Positions 1 to 13,200 of a stretch of 64,000 nt of DNA are shown piece after piece. The stretch's first letter is position 1. Every line of letters starts with the position of its first letter. Origin of the DNA: Oculina patagonica. Taxonomy: Eukaryota. Under the pieces are notes generated by a model. That model was not told the DNA's origin. It made no database searches and worked only from the letters and a program-made list of their open reading frames with translations. The position numbers and the translations under genes were made by a program. Location of the stretch: NCBI RefSeq assembly GCF_052425735.1, contig NC_135758.1, positions 35,650,001-35,714,000 on the forward strand, read 5' to 3'.

Positions 1-290
1 ATAATTAACACAGTAATGAGAAAAAAATAAAACAGATAGTTTTAAATTATTATGTTCACAGGCCAATTTTGACATCATCGATCAGGCCTTGTCACATATC
101 CGAACATTCACGGAAATTTTATCTGGAGCATAATAGAGATTAATATTAATCCGGATGATATTATTAATAATAATCTAATCCTTCCAATTTTTTGCCGTGC
201 CTTAATCTATTACTGGATTATAATAAGCAATTATTGGATGAGGTTGAGCATGATATCGTGAATTATCAAAACCGAGATCTGTGTTATCTG

Positions 291-1827
291 TAGTCTCCCT
301 CGCAGCCGTTCTTAGGGTCGTCACGCAAAATTCCTCCCCACTAACGGCTGCTCACATTCGAACAACATTCCTTTCCCTTTTTTCTTATGTGACCAATCAC
401 AGCACGGGAGATCGTATCAACATGTTTTTTTCCCGCGAATTGGTTGTTGCAGAGAAAACTTATTTTTTGAAAACACAACAGTTTTTCAAGGAATAAAAAG
501 CGTTGCAATCCATTTAATTTTTTCACAGTCAACACTTTAACTTCGAAAATTAACAATCACGGCATTCGATATTCAACGAAATCACCGAGCATTTAGAATC
601 ATTCACGGGACTGTTGAGCCAGCTAAAATTCTCAAGCGTATTTTGAATCCACTTACATCATTAATTTCGGTTGATTTGAGAGAAACTGAACAAATACACG
701 GAGTACTCCTGTTTTTGCGACGTTATGTCTGCGTTTCAAAGGACATCGATCCCATGTATTCGCACGCACGCAACAAGTTTGATGATAAATAATTTTTTTT
801 TTTATTCCGCGGCGTCAACTCTCTATAACTGGTGCCGATTAAACCCTCTGCGGGATTTTCAAAAAGGGCTCGCCGCTGACCGTTGCAATAAAACAGCATG
901 AAAATAAAAGGCGCAAACTTTTATCTTTTAGCTTATTTTATAGCAACCGTTCAACATGCGGCGCTACATTGTCTGCCGTGTCTGCTTTCGAATTATTCTG
1001 AAAAGATCTGTAAACCGTTCAGTTTCAACCGACACGCAGGACAACCGAAGACCACCAAAAAGTTTAAATTCCTCTCGTAAAAAAGTTTACTAATTTTTGT
1101 GTTGGATCTACTCGCAGTATCGGACGCATCACCAAAATTGCAAGATACCATTCTTTTTTCTTTCGACGGAGCGTACTTTTCAAAGTCAAGGACGGAAGAA
1201 AAAACAATTTTAGAGTCAGAAAAAGAAGATTTTCCCACGTGATCCCTTATCAAGTTTAGAGGTTAGGCTTCCCACGGATGAAGCTGTCGCAGTTTCTCCA
1301 TTTCTTTCACGACTCTTAACAAGCGTTTTTTCTTGAATTTTTGATCTGAAGATTCCTCTATTTTCAGTTTTAAGCTTTGAAGATGATAATCCTTTACGTT
1401 ATAGCGGCCGTTTGCAGCTGACAACCTAGCAGATCACATTCACACAAGAACAAATAGAATCGGGAAATCGCGATTCTCAACGATTTTTTTAAGCTCGAAA
1501 TTCGAAATGTATTGCTATTAAACAATATCAAAAGCTTCTTCAAGGCTAGACTTCCAAAGTCCTTCTAAGCACGTCGCTTCGCTCGCCAATAGAGGGCGAC
1601 TTGGTCAAGTCCACTTCAAGGCCAAGGGTCGCTATTTTGAAAGCTGAGGACTCCAAAATAAAACAGGCAATGCGATTGGTTAGATTATTTGGCGGGTACG
1701 GTTCCTGAGAATATGAACCGAATGGTGATTGGCTAAAATGGTGGAAAGGATGTTGTTCGAATGTGAGCAGCCGTTAGTGGGGAGGAATTTTGCGTGACGA
1801 CACTAAGAACGGCTGCGAGGGAGACTA
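291..1827. mobile_element. Non-autonomous DNA transposon with ~85-bp TIRs (TAGTCTCC...GGAGACTA) and a 9-bp TSD; AcademH- or Mutator-like
   Basis: TIR tagtctccctcgcagccgttcttag..cgaacaacat..cctttcc at 291-376 is inverted at ~1743-1827. TSD tgttatctg at 282-290 and 1828-1836. No transposase ORF. Confidence 0.85.
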
Positions 1828-1925
1828 TGTTATCTGCCGAAGCCGAAGGCTGAGGCAGATAACAAAGACACGAGGTTTTGATAATTCACAATATCATGCA
1901 AAAACTGAATTCAATAATTGTTTTA

Positions 1926-2156
1926 TTATACGTTTTCAAACAATTTGCCATCACTTTTTCTAGCGCCAGCGTAAAACTTCGACAGAACCTTGGCCAAAGC
2001 GGTTTTATCTTGTGGTTCCTCCAGGTTCTTCTGCCTCAAAAAGTCATTCAGAATTTTTACATTTGTTTTTGTTGTTCTCTTGGTGTTTTTAGAATCTTTA
2101 TTCTCGATCAAAACTTTCAATTCCTCTTCGGAAACGGAGGCGAATCGCTTAGCCAT
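1926..2156 (-). pseudogene. Fragment of a Crypton-type tyrosine recombinase (N-terminal region only)
   Basis: RFASVSEEEL..KNTKRTTK..LSKFYAGARKSDGKLF resembles the N-terminus of animal Crypton/DUF3504 proteins. No catalytic domain follows. Confidence 0.6.
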
Positions 2157-2967
2157 ATTTTCAAACGTTTGAGAGCACTACACGGACGAGGGGCTTGGAA
2201 ACTAGGCGGACTTTGAACTCGACATGATAACCCAATATCTGCTGCAGATATTGGGTTATCATGTCAAGTTCACATGCTACTGTATATTGACTGAATGCTC
2301 TCGACCAATCACATGATTCAAAGTAATTCTAATGTATAATAATAATCTATTACTGGATTATAATAATCTATTACTGGATTATAATAACCCTATTATAATC
2401 TATAAATATTATTATAATCCACGGATTAATATTAATCCGAGTTGTCCTGTGTAAACCGGCCTTTAGCTGACTGAATGTGATCAATGTGAAAAGCACGTGA
2501 TCGGAGCGTGACTAACGCCGGTGGTGGCGGTGATTTCGGCCTCGTAGTGTTTGATAGATGAAATTAAGTCGTGCTCAGGCGTGCTGTTGTTAACGCTAAT
2601 TTGTTTATCATTTGGATGTATTACAAAGCACTAATTTCTGTTCCCTCAGGAAAAAGTTAGTTTTGTTTCCCGCGACTTCGCCTCGTAAAACATCGAGACT
2701 TTCGGGAAAACAAAACTTACTGTTTTCATCTGGACCAGACATAAAGTGTAAACTGTACTGTATATTGAAGTGCTGTTGTACATTTAAACGACCGCGATAA
2801 CTTGAACCTTGTTTCCACATGTCTCAACAGAAAGAAATCGGGCAAACTCGCGTTTTTCATGTCTTTTTACGATTAATATTCAGAACGAGCAGTTGGTCTC
2901 TTGTTGTACCCATACTACCTTTCGGTCTTGTCTTTTGAAGCTTTGGTCGGACGACGTTAATTGAAAT

Positions 2968-3365
2968 TAGCCATGTTCGAAACGAGCGGGGGACTGGGTA
3001 CGAATATTTAATATCGATAGGATTGAAAAATTGGGCCTGTCATCTGAAAGAGCATCCAAAAATTAGTTTATTTACAGAATTTGATTAATATTGGTTTAAA
3101 CGCATAGGTATGGTTCACTTTTAGAAATTGCTAAAATAATAGAGCTTAGTATGGATTGGAGGGACAGCTGTCCTCCATACTAAGCTCTCTTATATATTTT
3201 AACGATTTTTAAAAGAGTACCATGCCTTTGCGTTCAAACCAATAACTCTCAAATTTGGTTGAGTTACTAACTTTTGGATGCTCTTTCAGATGACAGGCCC
3301 AATTGTTCAATCCAATCGATATTGAATATTCGTACCCAGTCCCCTGCTCGTTTTGAACATGGCTA
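2968..3365. mobile_element. Foldback (almost fully palindromic) MITE
   Basis: tagccatgttcgaaacgagc...ctgtcatctgaaagagcatccaaaa is mirrored by ttggatgctctttcagatgacagg...gctcgttttgaacatggcta. The arms pair up to a loop near 3165. Confidence 0.8.
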
Positions 3366-3483
3366 ATAGCTGTAACTATATTCTATGTTAAATAGATCAG
3401 TAACGATAACGTTGTTTTGCCTTTTCTAAATGATATTTATTGGCATTTCAAGAACAAAATACATACAGTTATAAAGCGTACTA

Positions 3484-3741
3484 AGGGCTGACCTTTTAAA
3501 TTTTGAAGGGGAGTTGGGCAATTACGAAAAGAAATTCTTGAACTGAACACGAAAAGTAGGAGAAAAAAAAAACGTGCACAAGCAAGCACAGAATAAAAAA
3601 TCAAGCATGGTGCAAAAATAAAATCTTGCAGAGGGTTCTGTTGGTAAAATAAATTCTTGCAAATACCAATGCTGAAAAAATTCTTACTCAGAAAATATTG
3701 CCTAATTTCGCCCCCCTCAAAAATACAGATGGTCCGTCCCT
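3484..3741. mobile_element. Short MITE with AGGG...CCCT termini (Harbinger/Zator-like)
   Basis: taagggctgacc..ttttgaagggg at the left and cccctcaaaaat..ggtccgtccctaa at the right. A-rich interior. Confidence 0.5.
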
Positions 3742-5006
3742 AATACATTCATACAATTAACTACTTTTTTATTATTCCACGTTTACGCCATTTCACTATT
3801 ACCGTATTTACTCGAGCAAAAAACATATAACAAATCATATAACAAACCTTATATGAGCCGGTAAAACACTGTAATACAGAGCAAAAATACGATCGGAAAG
3901 CGAGGAAGCGAAAACATGGCCGGACTTTACTTTACGATCTAAACTTTGACTTTGGCGTAAAATGGCGTAATTGTGGACAGGAGCCCATCATCATGGGCTC
4001 CTGTTGTGGAATAATAAATCCCTTATTAGATGGTTTGACATATAATACGCGCGGACATTTTGCTCATCGAATAAGGTGTATTTAAAAACTAACTTGTACA
4101 TTCATTGCAATATATTACATTAGTCGGGTACATGGATCTTGGAGTATATAATAATAGGCAGAGCAAATGATTTAATAACTGACGGTTTACCGAAAAGCCT
4201 GAAATTGAAAAGCCTTCACTCCTTCAAACAGTCGCATCTTCCAAAAGGTAGTTAAAACTGTTTTGAAACTTTCAAATATACTATCCAGGTTTTGCTTTCA
4301 ATATAAGGTATCATTATACGATGTCCTTTTGATGAAAATGTATCAATTTTATGCCGCTGTCGTTGGTTGCATGCAATTTTGTTGTTATGGTTATAAACGG
4401 CAATTAGAAAACACGCTTGCTTTCACTTTTTTCCCCTCATTATAACCGTCACTTGAAATAAATTGTGTTTGTTTATTAACAGCATAAATTATAGACCACT
4501 TGCTCTTTTTTTCGATTAAATCCACTCAAAAAGGGGCTAACGTTATTTGTCATTTCCATACCGTTCAATTAACTTGAATTAACTTCAAGATATCGATTTA
4601 CTCGCCTAAACCGGTTGTTTGATTAATACTTCAATTACTTTACACATAAATTCTGATTAAATGAAGTTTTTCATATGGGAGGATTTGCACTAATCATTTA
4701 CACGTTACATATATGTTTTTAATATTTTTGACCAAGCACACTGTTAGTTAAAACACCGCAGCAATATAATTATTTACAATGAAGTTTAATTTAACCATTC
4801 AAAAAAGCCACATGACTAATCTGCTCTTAACATTAAATTAACGTTTTAGTTAAGTTTTATCCTCAGTTCAGTTGAAGTAATGATCAGTTCCGTATAACTA
4901 ATCACATCGATATATCCTAAAACAAGCATTGATAAGAATGATTTTCGATTGGCTGTAGACAATAATTAAGTATTTGCTGGACAAAGGTTTCCTTTATCGC
5001 TTTTAA

Positions 5007-5351
5007 GGGGGCTTTGTCATGGATTTTAACTGATTTTCGGACAGCCAAAATTTATATCTGTGTCGTAACAAACCTTAAAATAATGGTCCGTTTTTATTAA
5101 CAATTGCTATATTAGAGCACTGAAACTGTTAACAAGCGTCTTTGGCTGTGGATGGCTCCGATGGAAATGGATTGCAACTGGAAAAATTAAGGCCTAACTT
5201 TTCAAGATGTTTCCGAGCGTCTTCGAAAAACGGGTTTAAAAGCCGTAGCTTGATTTCTATCCGCAAATGAAGGTTATATTTTTCTTTAGATGTTCAAAGA
5301 TAATGTTTTTTGTTAAAAATCTGCGAGATCCCCGCGACGTACGTAGCTCCT
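5007..5351. mobile_element. Kolobok-like non-autonomous element with TTAA TSD
   Basis: ttaa|gggggct... and ...gtagctcct|ttaa. Short imperfect TIR. Confidence 0.5.
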
Positions 5352-5774
5352 TTAATTACGTTCGGACTGGTTGGCGGGATTATCTGCGTTTTTTATAACT
5401 GATCTGATGTGATTAAATTATTTTTTGTTTTACGACTATTAGAAAACAGCCCTATATAGTTTTATTTTAATTAGGGAGAAAAGTACGGAATCTGTCTTAT
5501 GAAAACCGCGCAGTTAATTTAATTTAATTTCTTTTGGTTAGAAGCGCTACCCTTAGCGTGGACGTATTATAATCTTTTCCACTACATTTCAATCCCGAGT
5601 TCTCGAACCCTCGGTTTCTCGAAAATCCCGATTTCTCGAACCAATTTTCGTTTTCCTTGAATAGTACTTCTCTGTTATTTTATCCCCGATTGCTCGAAGC
5701 TCCCGATTTTTTTGAAGCAGGGATTATTCTTTACTCTCGTGAAGTTTTGCCGCGTATTTTACAGCAATCATTAA

Positions 5775-6298
5775 CCCTATTCAGACCGGGGGGGGGGGGG
5801 GGGGCTTTTGAGGCCCGCGCTGACTTTGAACTTTTATTACTTTTTTGAGACTTAACCAAACGCTGCCAAACTTTCTGAGTTTTCCTAAAATTTATCTGGC
5901 AACAATTTGGTTGGGTTGGATGATGTGTCAGGAACTTGACATCACCATGGCAACGACATTTTGACAGGCATGTTTTCCCAAATTTGCAATTTTGCGTGTT
6001 TCTGTTACATTATAAAAATCAACTTAAATGGAATCATTTTTACATTTTTACGGATTTAAAGCACATTTTTATTCATTTTGAGTACTTTGCAGTGATTTTG
6101 GGTGGTTTTCTGGCATTTTGGAAAAATTTTGAAATCCAAGATGGCGGATCCAAGATGGCGGCTGTTTTGACATCATGATGTAATTGTCACGTGATGTGAC
6201 GTCACTATCCCACGTGACGTATATCAAAAGAATGAGTTTCGGACGTACAATACATCTTATAAGTTTCATGGTGATTGCTTAAATATTCTGGAATAGGG
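5775..6298. mobile_element. piggyBac-like non-autonomous element (degenerate)
   Basis: ttaa|ccctattcagac followed by poly-G at the left, and ctggaataggg at the right. The right TTAA is not preserved. Confidence 0.4.
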
Positions 6299-7054
6299 AC
6301 AAGCTTGCAAATACGATAAAGAGACACTTGGAGGACAAAACACGATAGATTTAGGAGGGGCGGGGTGAATAGCGATGCGCAAATCCACCGATCCGTTTTA
6401 TTTTTTGGTCAAATCCGTCAATCCTCCACTATTTTCGTTCGTATCCAAATCTGCATTACTTAAATAAATTTGTGTGGTTAAGTTTCACTGCTTATTTGCT
6501 TGTTTCTGCGACAGTTCCGCCGACAACCGACGAAGACCGACCAAAGTGATTCAAACTTTGTTTAGTATCCACGATCCAAACTTCCTGATTAAAGAGTCCG
6601 GAATCCGGGCCAAAATTCTCAGCTAATCCGCAGCGATCAGCTGTACTTTTTGAGCCTAGTGGTTTCAGTGGCATTGTCGCATGCTCAAATAGATCGATCT
6701 TGTCGAATTTCTATTCTGCTGACGTTGTTGTTAAAAATGTATACGGCAAAAATGGCAAGTTTCGTCAAGTTGGCAGCGGGGTTACAATTATTTTGCTTTA
6801 CGTGGCGCTCGTTTTTTAGGAAAATCTATAAGACCAGTTTTTACGCAGAGGGAAAAGACACAAATTTGCAGTTAACAAAGAATCTGCCTTTACAAACTTC
6901 ACTATTTTCCTGTTAAAATTTTTTTTCTGGTAGTATCCATGTACTGTAAAAATTTAGGAAGATTTCACCGAAGGAAATTGAAGAAAATCGCACTTAAAGC
7001 CACGTCAACACTAAAAGACGCATTTGTTTCAGTAGTCTTACACTCCTTCTTTAA

Positions 7055-7506
7055 GCGTGCCAAAATATGTCTGGAATGTGTGAGCCTGGAGACAGACCGC
7101 AGAACCACGTAATGGGTTCCAGTCACGGAGAACTGTCTTGTTAGGAACACGCTCTGTAAGACTGCTGGAGGGCACTCAGAAATGGGGAGAGAGGAGGCAG
7201 CGACGAAACGACATGTAGTGAGAGAGGAGAGAGGAGCCCGATGTGGAGCGACTGGTTCGGAGAAGGACGATCGCACGCCCAGGAAAGAGGTCCGTGACGA
7301 GACGCAACTGCAAGGCAGACGATACAATGTGGGAGGTGAGACACCTCAACGCCAAGCGCCGAGCGACGCACTCCAGTGGGGAAGTGGGGGAGACGGTGGC
7401 GAGGGGACGGAGAGTGGGGACGGGGCGAGGGCGGCCCACGTGGAGATGGGAGGGTGGGGGAGACAACGGACAGGGGGGGGAGGGACAGAACCCAGACAAG
7501 GCACGC
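7055..7506. mobile_element. TTAA-flanked non-autonomous element with a purine/GC-rich interior
   Basis: ttaa|gcgtgcc..tgtctgg at the left and ccagaca..ggcacgc|ttaa at the right. Composition shifts sharply relative to the flanks. Confidence 0.6.
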
Positions 7507-8131
7507 TTAATAAGAAGGGTGTAATTTACGACTTGAACCCACTCATCATTTTAACAGAGATGATTGTAGAACACTTTTTCATCATTGCTGATTGCATTTG
7601 GTAAGTTTTAGCGAACTGGGACTTAAAACGAATGCAAAACCACATTTCAAAGTATAACACTAGCGCGCGCCACATCATATGTGACTACCCTATGGAGCAA
7701 CCTTCACAACTCACTGTCATAAAATATATTAAGCAAAATGGTTAAAATGAGCCAAGCAAACAAAACTTGGCGTTTGATACACCTAGAGCAGTTTTCTAGT
7801 GACTGTTCTGAAAGCAAACCCAAAGTAATCAAAACTGGACAATCAGAACAAACAGCACAATGAACCAATCAGAACTTAAAGCAAAAAACGTGTAACCGGC
7901 GTCAAGCGCGGGAAAACGTACGTGTTTGGGACAATTAGTCACTACTGGTTTTGATTATGTTTGAAACTGTTCAAAGCAAACGCGAAACCAAATCAACACG
8001 TGACTGATGTCTAAGGCCAATGGAAAACTGCTCTAAATGATCTTAGAACTAAAATGGAATTGGATAGCTAGATTAATTGAAGTTGCCTGACCTTTTAGAT
8101 GTTCATGACGCCCAGCTTGGCCTGGCAATCT

Positions 8132-9075
8132 TTACAACTTTGTGTTAAAACCTGTCAGTTCAGGTTCTGGCGTTATCGTTTTTCTCGATGACGTTCGTAG
8201 CGATGTCTTCGGTCTTCGTTTCGTTTCCTGCTGACATTTGTGCTGGCTGCTGGTCATCTCGAGAAATACACGTTCATTGAAGGACTTTGATCTTATCAAT
8301 CCACGGTTATGATGCTGGGAGCCTTTCGGTTGAGGGCTCGAGGAATCAGAATGAAGAAATGCCTGGAAACTTAAGGCTTGAGGCTGGTCGCTGGAGTTTT
8401 CGAGGTGACATTGGCTTCCTTATTGTGTCAAGCCGCTTTCCAATATGATTCCTGGTTTTCTTGCAAAACCAGTCAGATCACGATCTTGTATTTTCTTGTT
8501 GCTTGACGTGGATTGTACTCTTTTCATCGCTTCCTCTCGAGATTTGTGCTGGCTGTCGATCCTCTCGAATAACTCTCCTTCATCCAAGGACTTTGATCTC
8601 ATCATTCCACGGTAATGGTACCGGGAATCGTCAGGTCCTTTAGGGTGAGGGCTTAAGGATTGAGACTGAAGTAATGCCTGGAAACTTAAGGCTTGAGGCT
8701 GATCGCTGGTGTTTTCGAGCTGACTTGGCTCCTTTTTCGTTTCACGCCGCTTTTCAATTTGATTCCTGGTTTTCTTGTAAAACCACTTTCTGGTATTTTC
8801 TCGTTTCTGTACGTTGATGGTGATGTCTTTGGTCTTCTTACCGCTTTCTGCCAAGATTGGTGCTGCCTGCCGACCATCTCAAATAATACACGCTCATCCA
8901 AGGACTTTGATCGTACCATTTCACGATAAAGATGTCGCGAATCTTTTGATGGAAGGCTTGAAGAATGAGGCTGAACTGATGCCCGGATTTTTGAAACATG
9001 AGGTTTATCGCTGGTGTCTTCCTGATAACTTCGTGTTCCTTTTCCTGTCCACCCGCTTTTAACTTTGATTCCAGG
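8132..9075 (-). repeat. Three diverged tandem ~300-bp coding repeats forming the GPCR C-tail
   Basis: Each unit encodes KPGI.L.SG...E.(T/S)SD.P...RSKS(L/F)(D/N)E...F. Copy 1 is in frame, copy 2 follows a 1-bp deletion (8724/8725), and copy 3 follows an in-frame TAA (8420-8422). Confidence 0.85.
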
Positions 9076-10284
9076 TTCTGATGTGATGACCCTAGGTTGA
9101 TGAATATCGACGCAGATCACTCTGTTTGTTGCGCGCGATGGAGTTGACGCACGCCTTCCCCGCTCCACTTGCCCATGGCTCCTTCGCTGATCAGTGCCTC
9201 TGAGGTTTGTAATCGAGCCGCAGCATCGAATTCGGGATCTTTGTATGCGGTTGTTCTCCGGGTTATCTTCCACTGACTGGACAGAACCAGCGCGTCGGAC
9301 GTTTTTCTTTACGTCGGCTGTAGTCTTCTTCTTCATCTTTAACATCTCCAGCATCGCGTTTCTATAGCGGTGGTCCCGGTAGCAATAAAGAACAGGGTTG
9401 ACAGCGGAGTTGAGCTGCGCAATCATCATCGACCAACGGAAATATGAACTTCTACGAAGTGCGGGATATGCGTCTCCGAAGAAAATGTAGACGGATGAAG
9501 GGATGAACGAGATTAACACTGCAGCTGTCAGCATGGCAGTCGTTTTTGCGACTTTGGTGGCGAGCTTGGCTCTGATGAGAGAACGGACTTCGGTGATTTT
9601 GTTCATGTCTCGTTTGCGCACACCAAGGTAGACCATTATGTAGAAATAGCCGACTAGTATTATGCACACAACCCCAGGGACAGAAGCAACCATGTTGATG
9701 ATCACAAGGTATTCGTGCGGGACACCAGCGATTCTCATTATGCGTGGTGGGATTGCTATGAACACAGTTACCAGCCATGCAATTCTTGCATACTTCGTGA
9801 CACGACCTTTGGTAACAATGCTTTTATATTCTCTCCACTTTCTTACCGCCACGTACCTCTCCCAAGCAATCAGAGCTAGGTGATACGTGGACGAGCAACC
9901 TCCGACATACAGTGTCATATCATTTACGAAAGCGATTCGACAAAAAACGCTCGGACTCAAATACTGCTTGAGAAGAATAAACACATCTAAACAGATAGTC
10001 AACGGCATGGAGACAGCGCCCATCAGAACATCTGCTACTGCAAGGCTTGCCAACAGAATGTTCGAGTTGTGTTCTTTTAACTCTCGTCTCAGTTTTACTG
10101 CTACGATAACTAAGATGTTAAGAAGAAGGGCAATGGGGCAAATAATGATTGTGATCGCGGCGGCAATCTTGAACTCGGTTCTGTCGCTTAAAACCCAAAC
10201 ATGTATTGGTTTACCTGGGCAAGAAAACTCGGACAGCACCTGGCTTGAAGTATTCGCAGACAGATCTGTATTGCTGGAGTTCAT
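8686..10284 (-). CDS. Intronless class A (rhodopsin-like) GPCR, orphan, with a long repeat-containing C-terminal tail
   Basis: Seven hydrophobic helices. TM1 N (LLNILV), LASLAVAD, WERY, FIP in TM6, NSAVNPVLY, helix 8 YRNAM. N-glycosylation sites at the N-terminus. Confidence 0.93.
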   Translation of the reverse strand: MNSSNTDLSANTSSQVLSEFSCPGKPIHVWVLSDRTEFKIAAAITIIICPIALLLNILVIVAVKLRRELKEHNSNILLASLAVADVLMGAVSMPLTICLDVFILLKQYLSPSVFCRIAFVNDMTLYVGGCSSTYHLALIAWERYVAVRKWREYKSIVTKGRVTKYARIAWLVTVFIAIPPRIMRIAGVPHEYLVIINMVASVPGVVCIILVGYFYIMVYLGVRKRDMNKITEVRSLIRAKLATKVAKTTAMLTAAVLISFIPSSVYIFFGDAYPALRRSSYFRWSMMIAQLNSAVNPVLYCYRDHRYRNAMLEMLKMKKKTTADVKKNVRRAGSVQSVEDNPENNRIQRSRIRCCGSITNLRGTDQRRSHGQVERGRRASTPSRATNRVICVDIHQPRVITSEPGIKVKSGWTGKGTRSYQEDTSDKPHVSKIRASVQPHSSSLPSKDSRHLYREMVRSKSLDERVLFEMVGRQHQSWQKAVRRPKTSPSTYRNEKIPESGFTRKPGIKLKSGVKRKRSQVSSKTPAISLKP

Positions 10285-13200
10285 CTTGATGGGACGAACA
10301 CTTCGTTCAACACAAGAACTGATAAATAACGTTCAAGTACTCACTGCGAGAGGCTTGGCCATGTCTTCTCCTTTGGTTTTCATAATCATCTCCTTCTTCT
10401 AGTTGTTCACCATACTTCGTTCAGTAAACGCGTTGCAACGAGTGAATGCTGAACTTGTTTATTAAACATTTTCAGTGGTCAAGTTGTTTGGGAATATCCT
10501 GCATTTTTGTTAGGCAAATGAACGGAAGCGGGGGCAGAGCAAAAAATGGGACATGGTGAAACCTATTATCATCAAAAGAAAAAGACACAACTGTTTATCT
10601 AATGACGAAACGGCTTCTCTAATGATACGTTTGCAGCAGTTATTTCTAGTGGAAGTTACAGCTTAATTTTATTTTTTATCAGTATTATTGTATATATGTT
10701 TTATAATTTTTAGGCATTTATATCCTTCTGTTGGATAGAGGGACACGAAATCATTAGTAGCTTAATAAGTTTTAACTTATTAAGCTACTGATACTCTCTA
10801 AAAAAGCTTTTATGTATACCAAAACAAGAAACAAAGCAACGAAAAAACCTTAATTATGGGAGCTTTTAGGTTAATATCCGTGTACGTGATACAGTGTGGA
10901 AAGAGACAATGGCCTAAAAAAGTTCAGAAAGATTATTTTGACAACCCATATATGGAGATTGTGAAGAGTCTTCATCTCTATCTTTCCCTTCGAGTGTTCA
11001 TTTTCAGTTATTTACGACTAAACTGAAAATACTTCGATATTGCTATCATAGCTTTTCCAAATTAAAGGGATCTGTTTAATGTCAGTGCTAATTAACCGTG
11101 CAAAAAGTTTCATTAACAAACATTATTTCAAATAATGATGCCTATTGATACCGTGGGAATTTAGAGAAAACACACATGTTAGAAAAACAACTTATGAATA
11201 AGATAGGAAATCCTGAGAAACAAGTTAAACAAATGATTCATATCTTTCTGTTTAAGTTCTTTTTAACGAAAATATATTTTTATGTTCGGCTCGATCCAAT
11301 TTCACTTGAGAAAAAAATACAATGCGACATGTGAATAAACGATTTCAAACGTTATCCTGTTGGGGACAGAGAATGTATCTTTTTAATAAAAATATACTAA
11401 AATACTGCAAAATGTCAAACAGCGTTTCCTAAGCCAAGCATTTTTTGTTATATATGAGAGGTTGAAAAAATAATCTACTTTCTGTGTATTTGAAAGTAAA
11501 AGTGTTTGATTGACAAAAACTAGATTGGGATATCTCGGAAGAGTATTAACCACCTGCTCCTAGTTGCGATCATAGCTCATTATAAACATTGTTCATATAA
11601 CGCGCCCGCTGATTGGCTAAGTCGTTTTGCACATGGCAAGGTTTAGTTATCACCTTATGAGGTATGTATGCATTTTGTTTGCTTTTTTTCACAATTAACA
11701 ATTAGATTACTAGCCCGAGTTTTCTATGAGCGAATAGTGAGCGAGGCACAAAGACGAAATAGAAAACTAGGGCGAGCAGTGTAAGTATTGTTTTAGTAGA
11801 CTGCCGGCGGGGTGGAAGCCAAATAACCTAAGAGCAGATAACTAGGAGGAGCCGAGTAGTCTGATGGAAGTTCGTTTTCGCTCTCCTCCAAGTACCGAGA
11901 GCTTGGAACAGGCTAACATCATTGGAACTTTGCAAACCGACCAGACAACCAAATAGCTTTGTGTTATCTATTTTGACTTAAGTTGCCGATAAGAAACACA
12001 TATACGGGTTATTAATTGACTTCCCAGCCTCGTTGCTGACAGCACTACCTAGAAATTGAACTGAGTGCATGTGTCATACTCAACTTCTTCCCGATGATCT
12101 TTTTACATGGCACCCAAATTTAAATTGGCTTTACATGGCACCACTTCTAAGCTACCTGACTACTTCCCAATATAACAAGTTTCTAATTGCTTCATCAGCG
12201 CCGAGTAAGCAAACTCCGTCGTTGGAAAGTTCGCGCATGCTTGAACATTGGTGGAGCAACAATAAACTTTTATCTTGGTTATCTCGAGTCTTTTCCTTTC
12301 AATTTACAGAGCTATACTAGTTCTTATTTTCCTTTACTAAGCGTTTATTTTTTATGAAAAAAATATAATGCAGTTTTTACGCAGAGGCAGAAAACATAAA
12401 TTTGCACTCGTCACCCGATTTGCTGCTGGTCACGGTGAGGTAATTTCTTTCCATCTAGCTGAGTAACGCCTTTTCAGATTCTTCACGACCAATGTTTTCA
12501 TTTCCTGCAAACGTCTCTGTAATAGTAAACAGGAAAGAAATTTGGTTAAACAAATTAGCAATGTGTAATTTAAAGGCAAGTGTTAAGCTCGTAGCAGTAG
12601 TGAAACGCCCGACAAGTGTTGCGCTTATCCAAGCTTCGAACTTGTCGGTTCAGTTCCTTATGCAGCCGAATCAAACTTGAAAAAATGTGTGCGTAAGACC
12701 TTAAGGAAAAATATAGAACTCGGCTAATTAAGAGCTTCGTTAGTTGATTTACAGCCTCAATGCCCTCTGTCGTGCGTCATATAATATTGAATCTGGGTCC
12801 TATATCCGTCTACGATTTCAAGTGACTAACTCCTGCAAATTTTTAAATAGAAACTGCGCAATAAAATAGTATAAATAAAAGCGAAATATAAAACACAGCG
12901 TGGATAGCATACCTCTCTCATTGAATATTTCTCTGCCTTGCAGCAGATGCAGCCAAACGTGCATCTGCAGGTACCACCAGAACAAATACAGGTACAGCAG
13001 CTGGCAAAATGCTACAACATCAATGTAAAGTAGTAAGTAAAGTCTGTCTCCGAGCCATGAGGCCCATACAGCCGGACCTTATCCCGGTTTCCGTATCATT
13101 ATGCGTGGATTTTCTCTCCCCCTGGGTGGTTTTCCTGCTCCCCCATCCCCGTTCCCTTTTAACCGGGTGTAGAGAGGAAAAATGAGAGTAATGTAAAACC

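Larger units (their letters stand above)
221..2342 (-). mobile_element. Non-autonomous Crypton-like element (palindromic end plus tyrosine-recombinase N-terminal fragment), interrupted by a younger TIR element
   Basis: An imperfect hairpin (gatatcgtgaattatcaaaacc..tgttatctg / cagataacaaa..ggttttgataattcacaatatc) rejoins once 291-1827 is removed. ORF 1926-2156 resembles a Crypton/DUF3504 N-terminus. It sits within taatctattactggattataa tandem repeats. Boundaries are approximate. Confidence 0.55.

Noticed and set aside
6965-7604. Overlapping GC-rich ORFs
   Set aside because: Low-complexity purine-rich interior of a TTAA-flanked element. No domain similarity.
8420-8854. 144-aa ORF as a separate gene
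   Set aside because: It is the frameshifted second repeat of the GPCR tail.
9887-10402. Antisense ORFs over the GPCR, TRP and PIF1 coding regions (e.g. 9887-10402, 46798-47397, 28021-28590)
   Set aside because: Shadow ORFs of real coding sequence.
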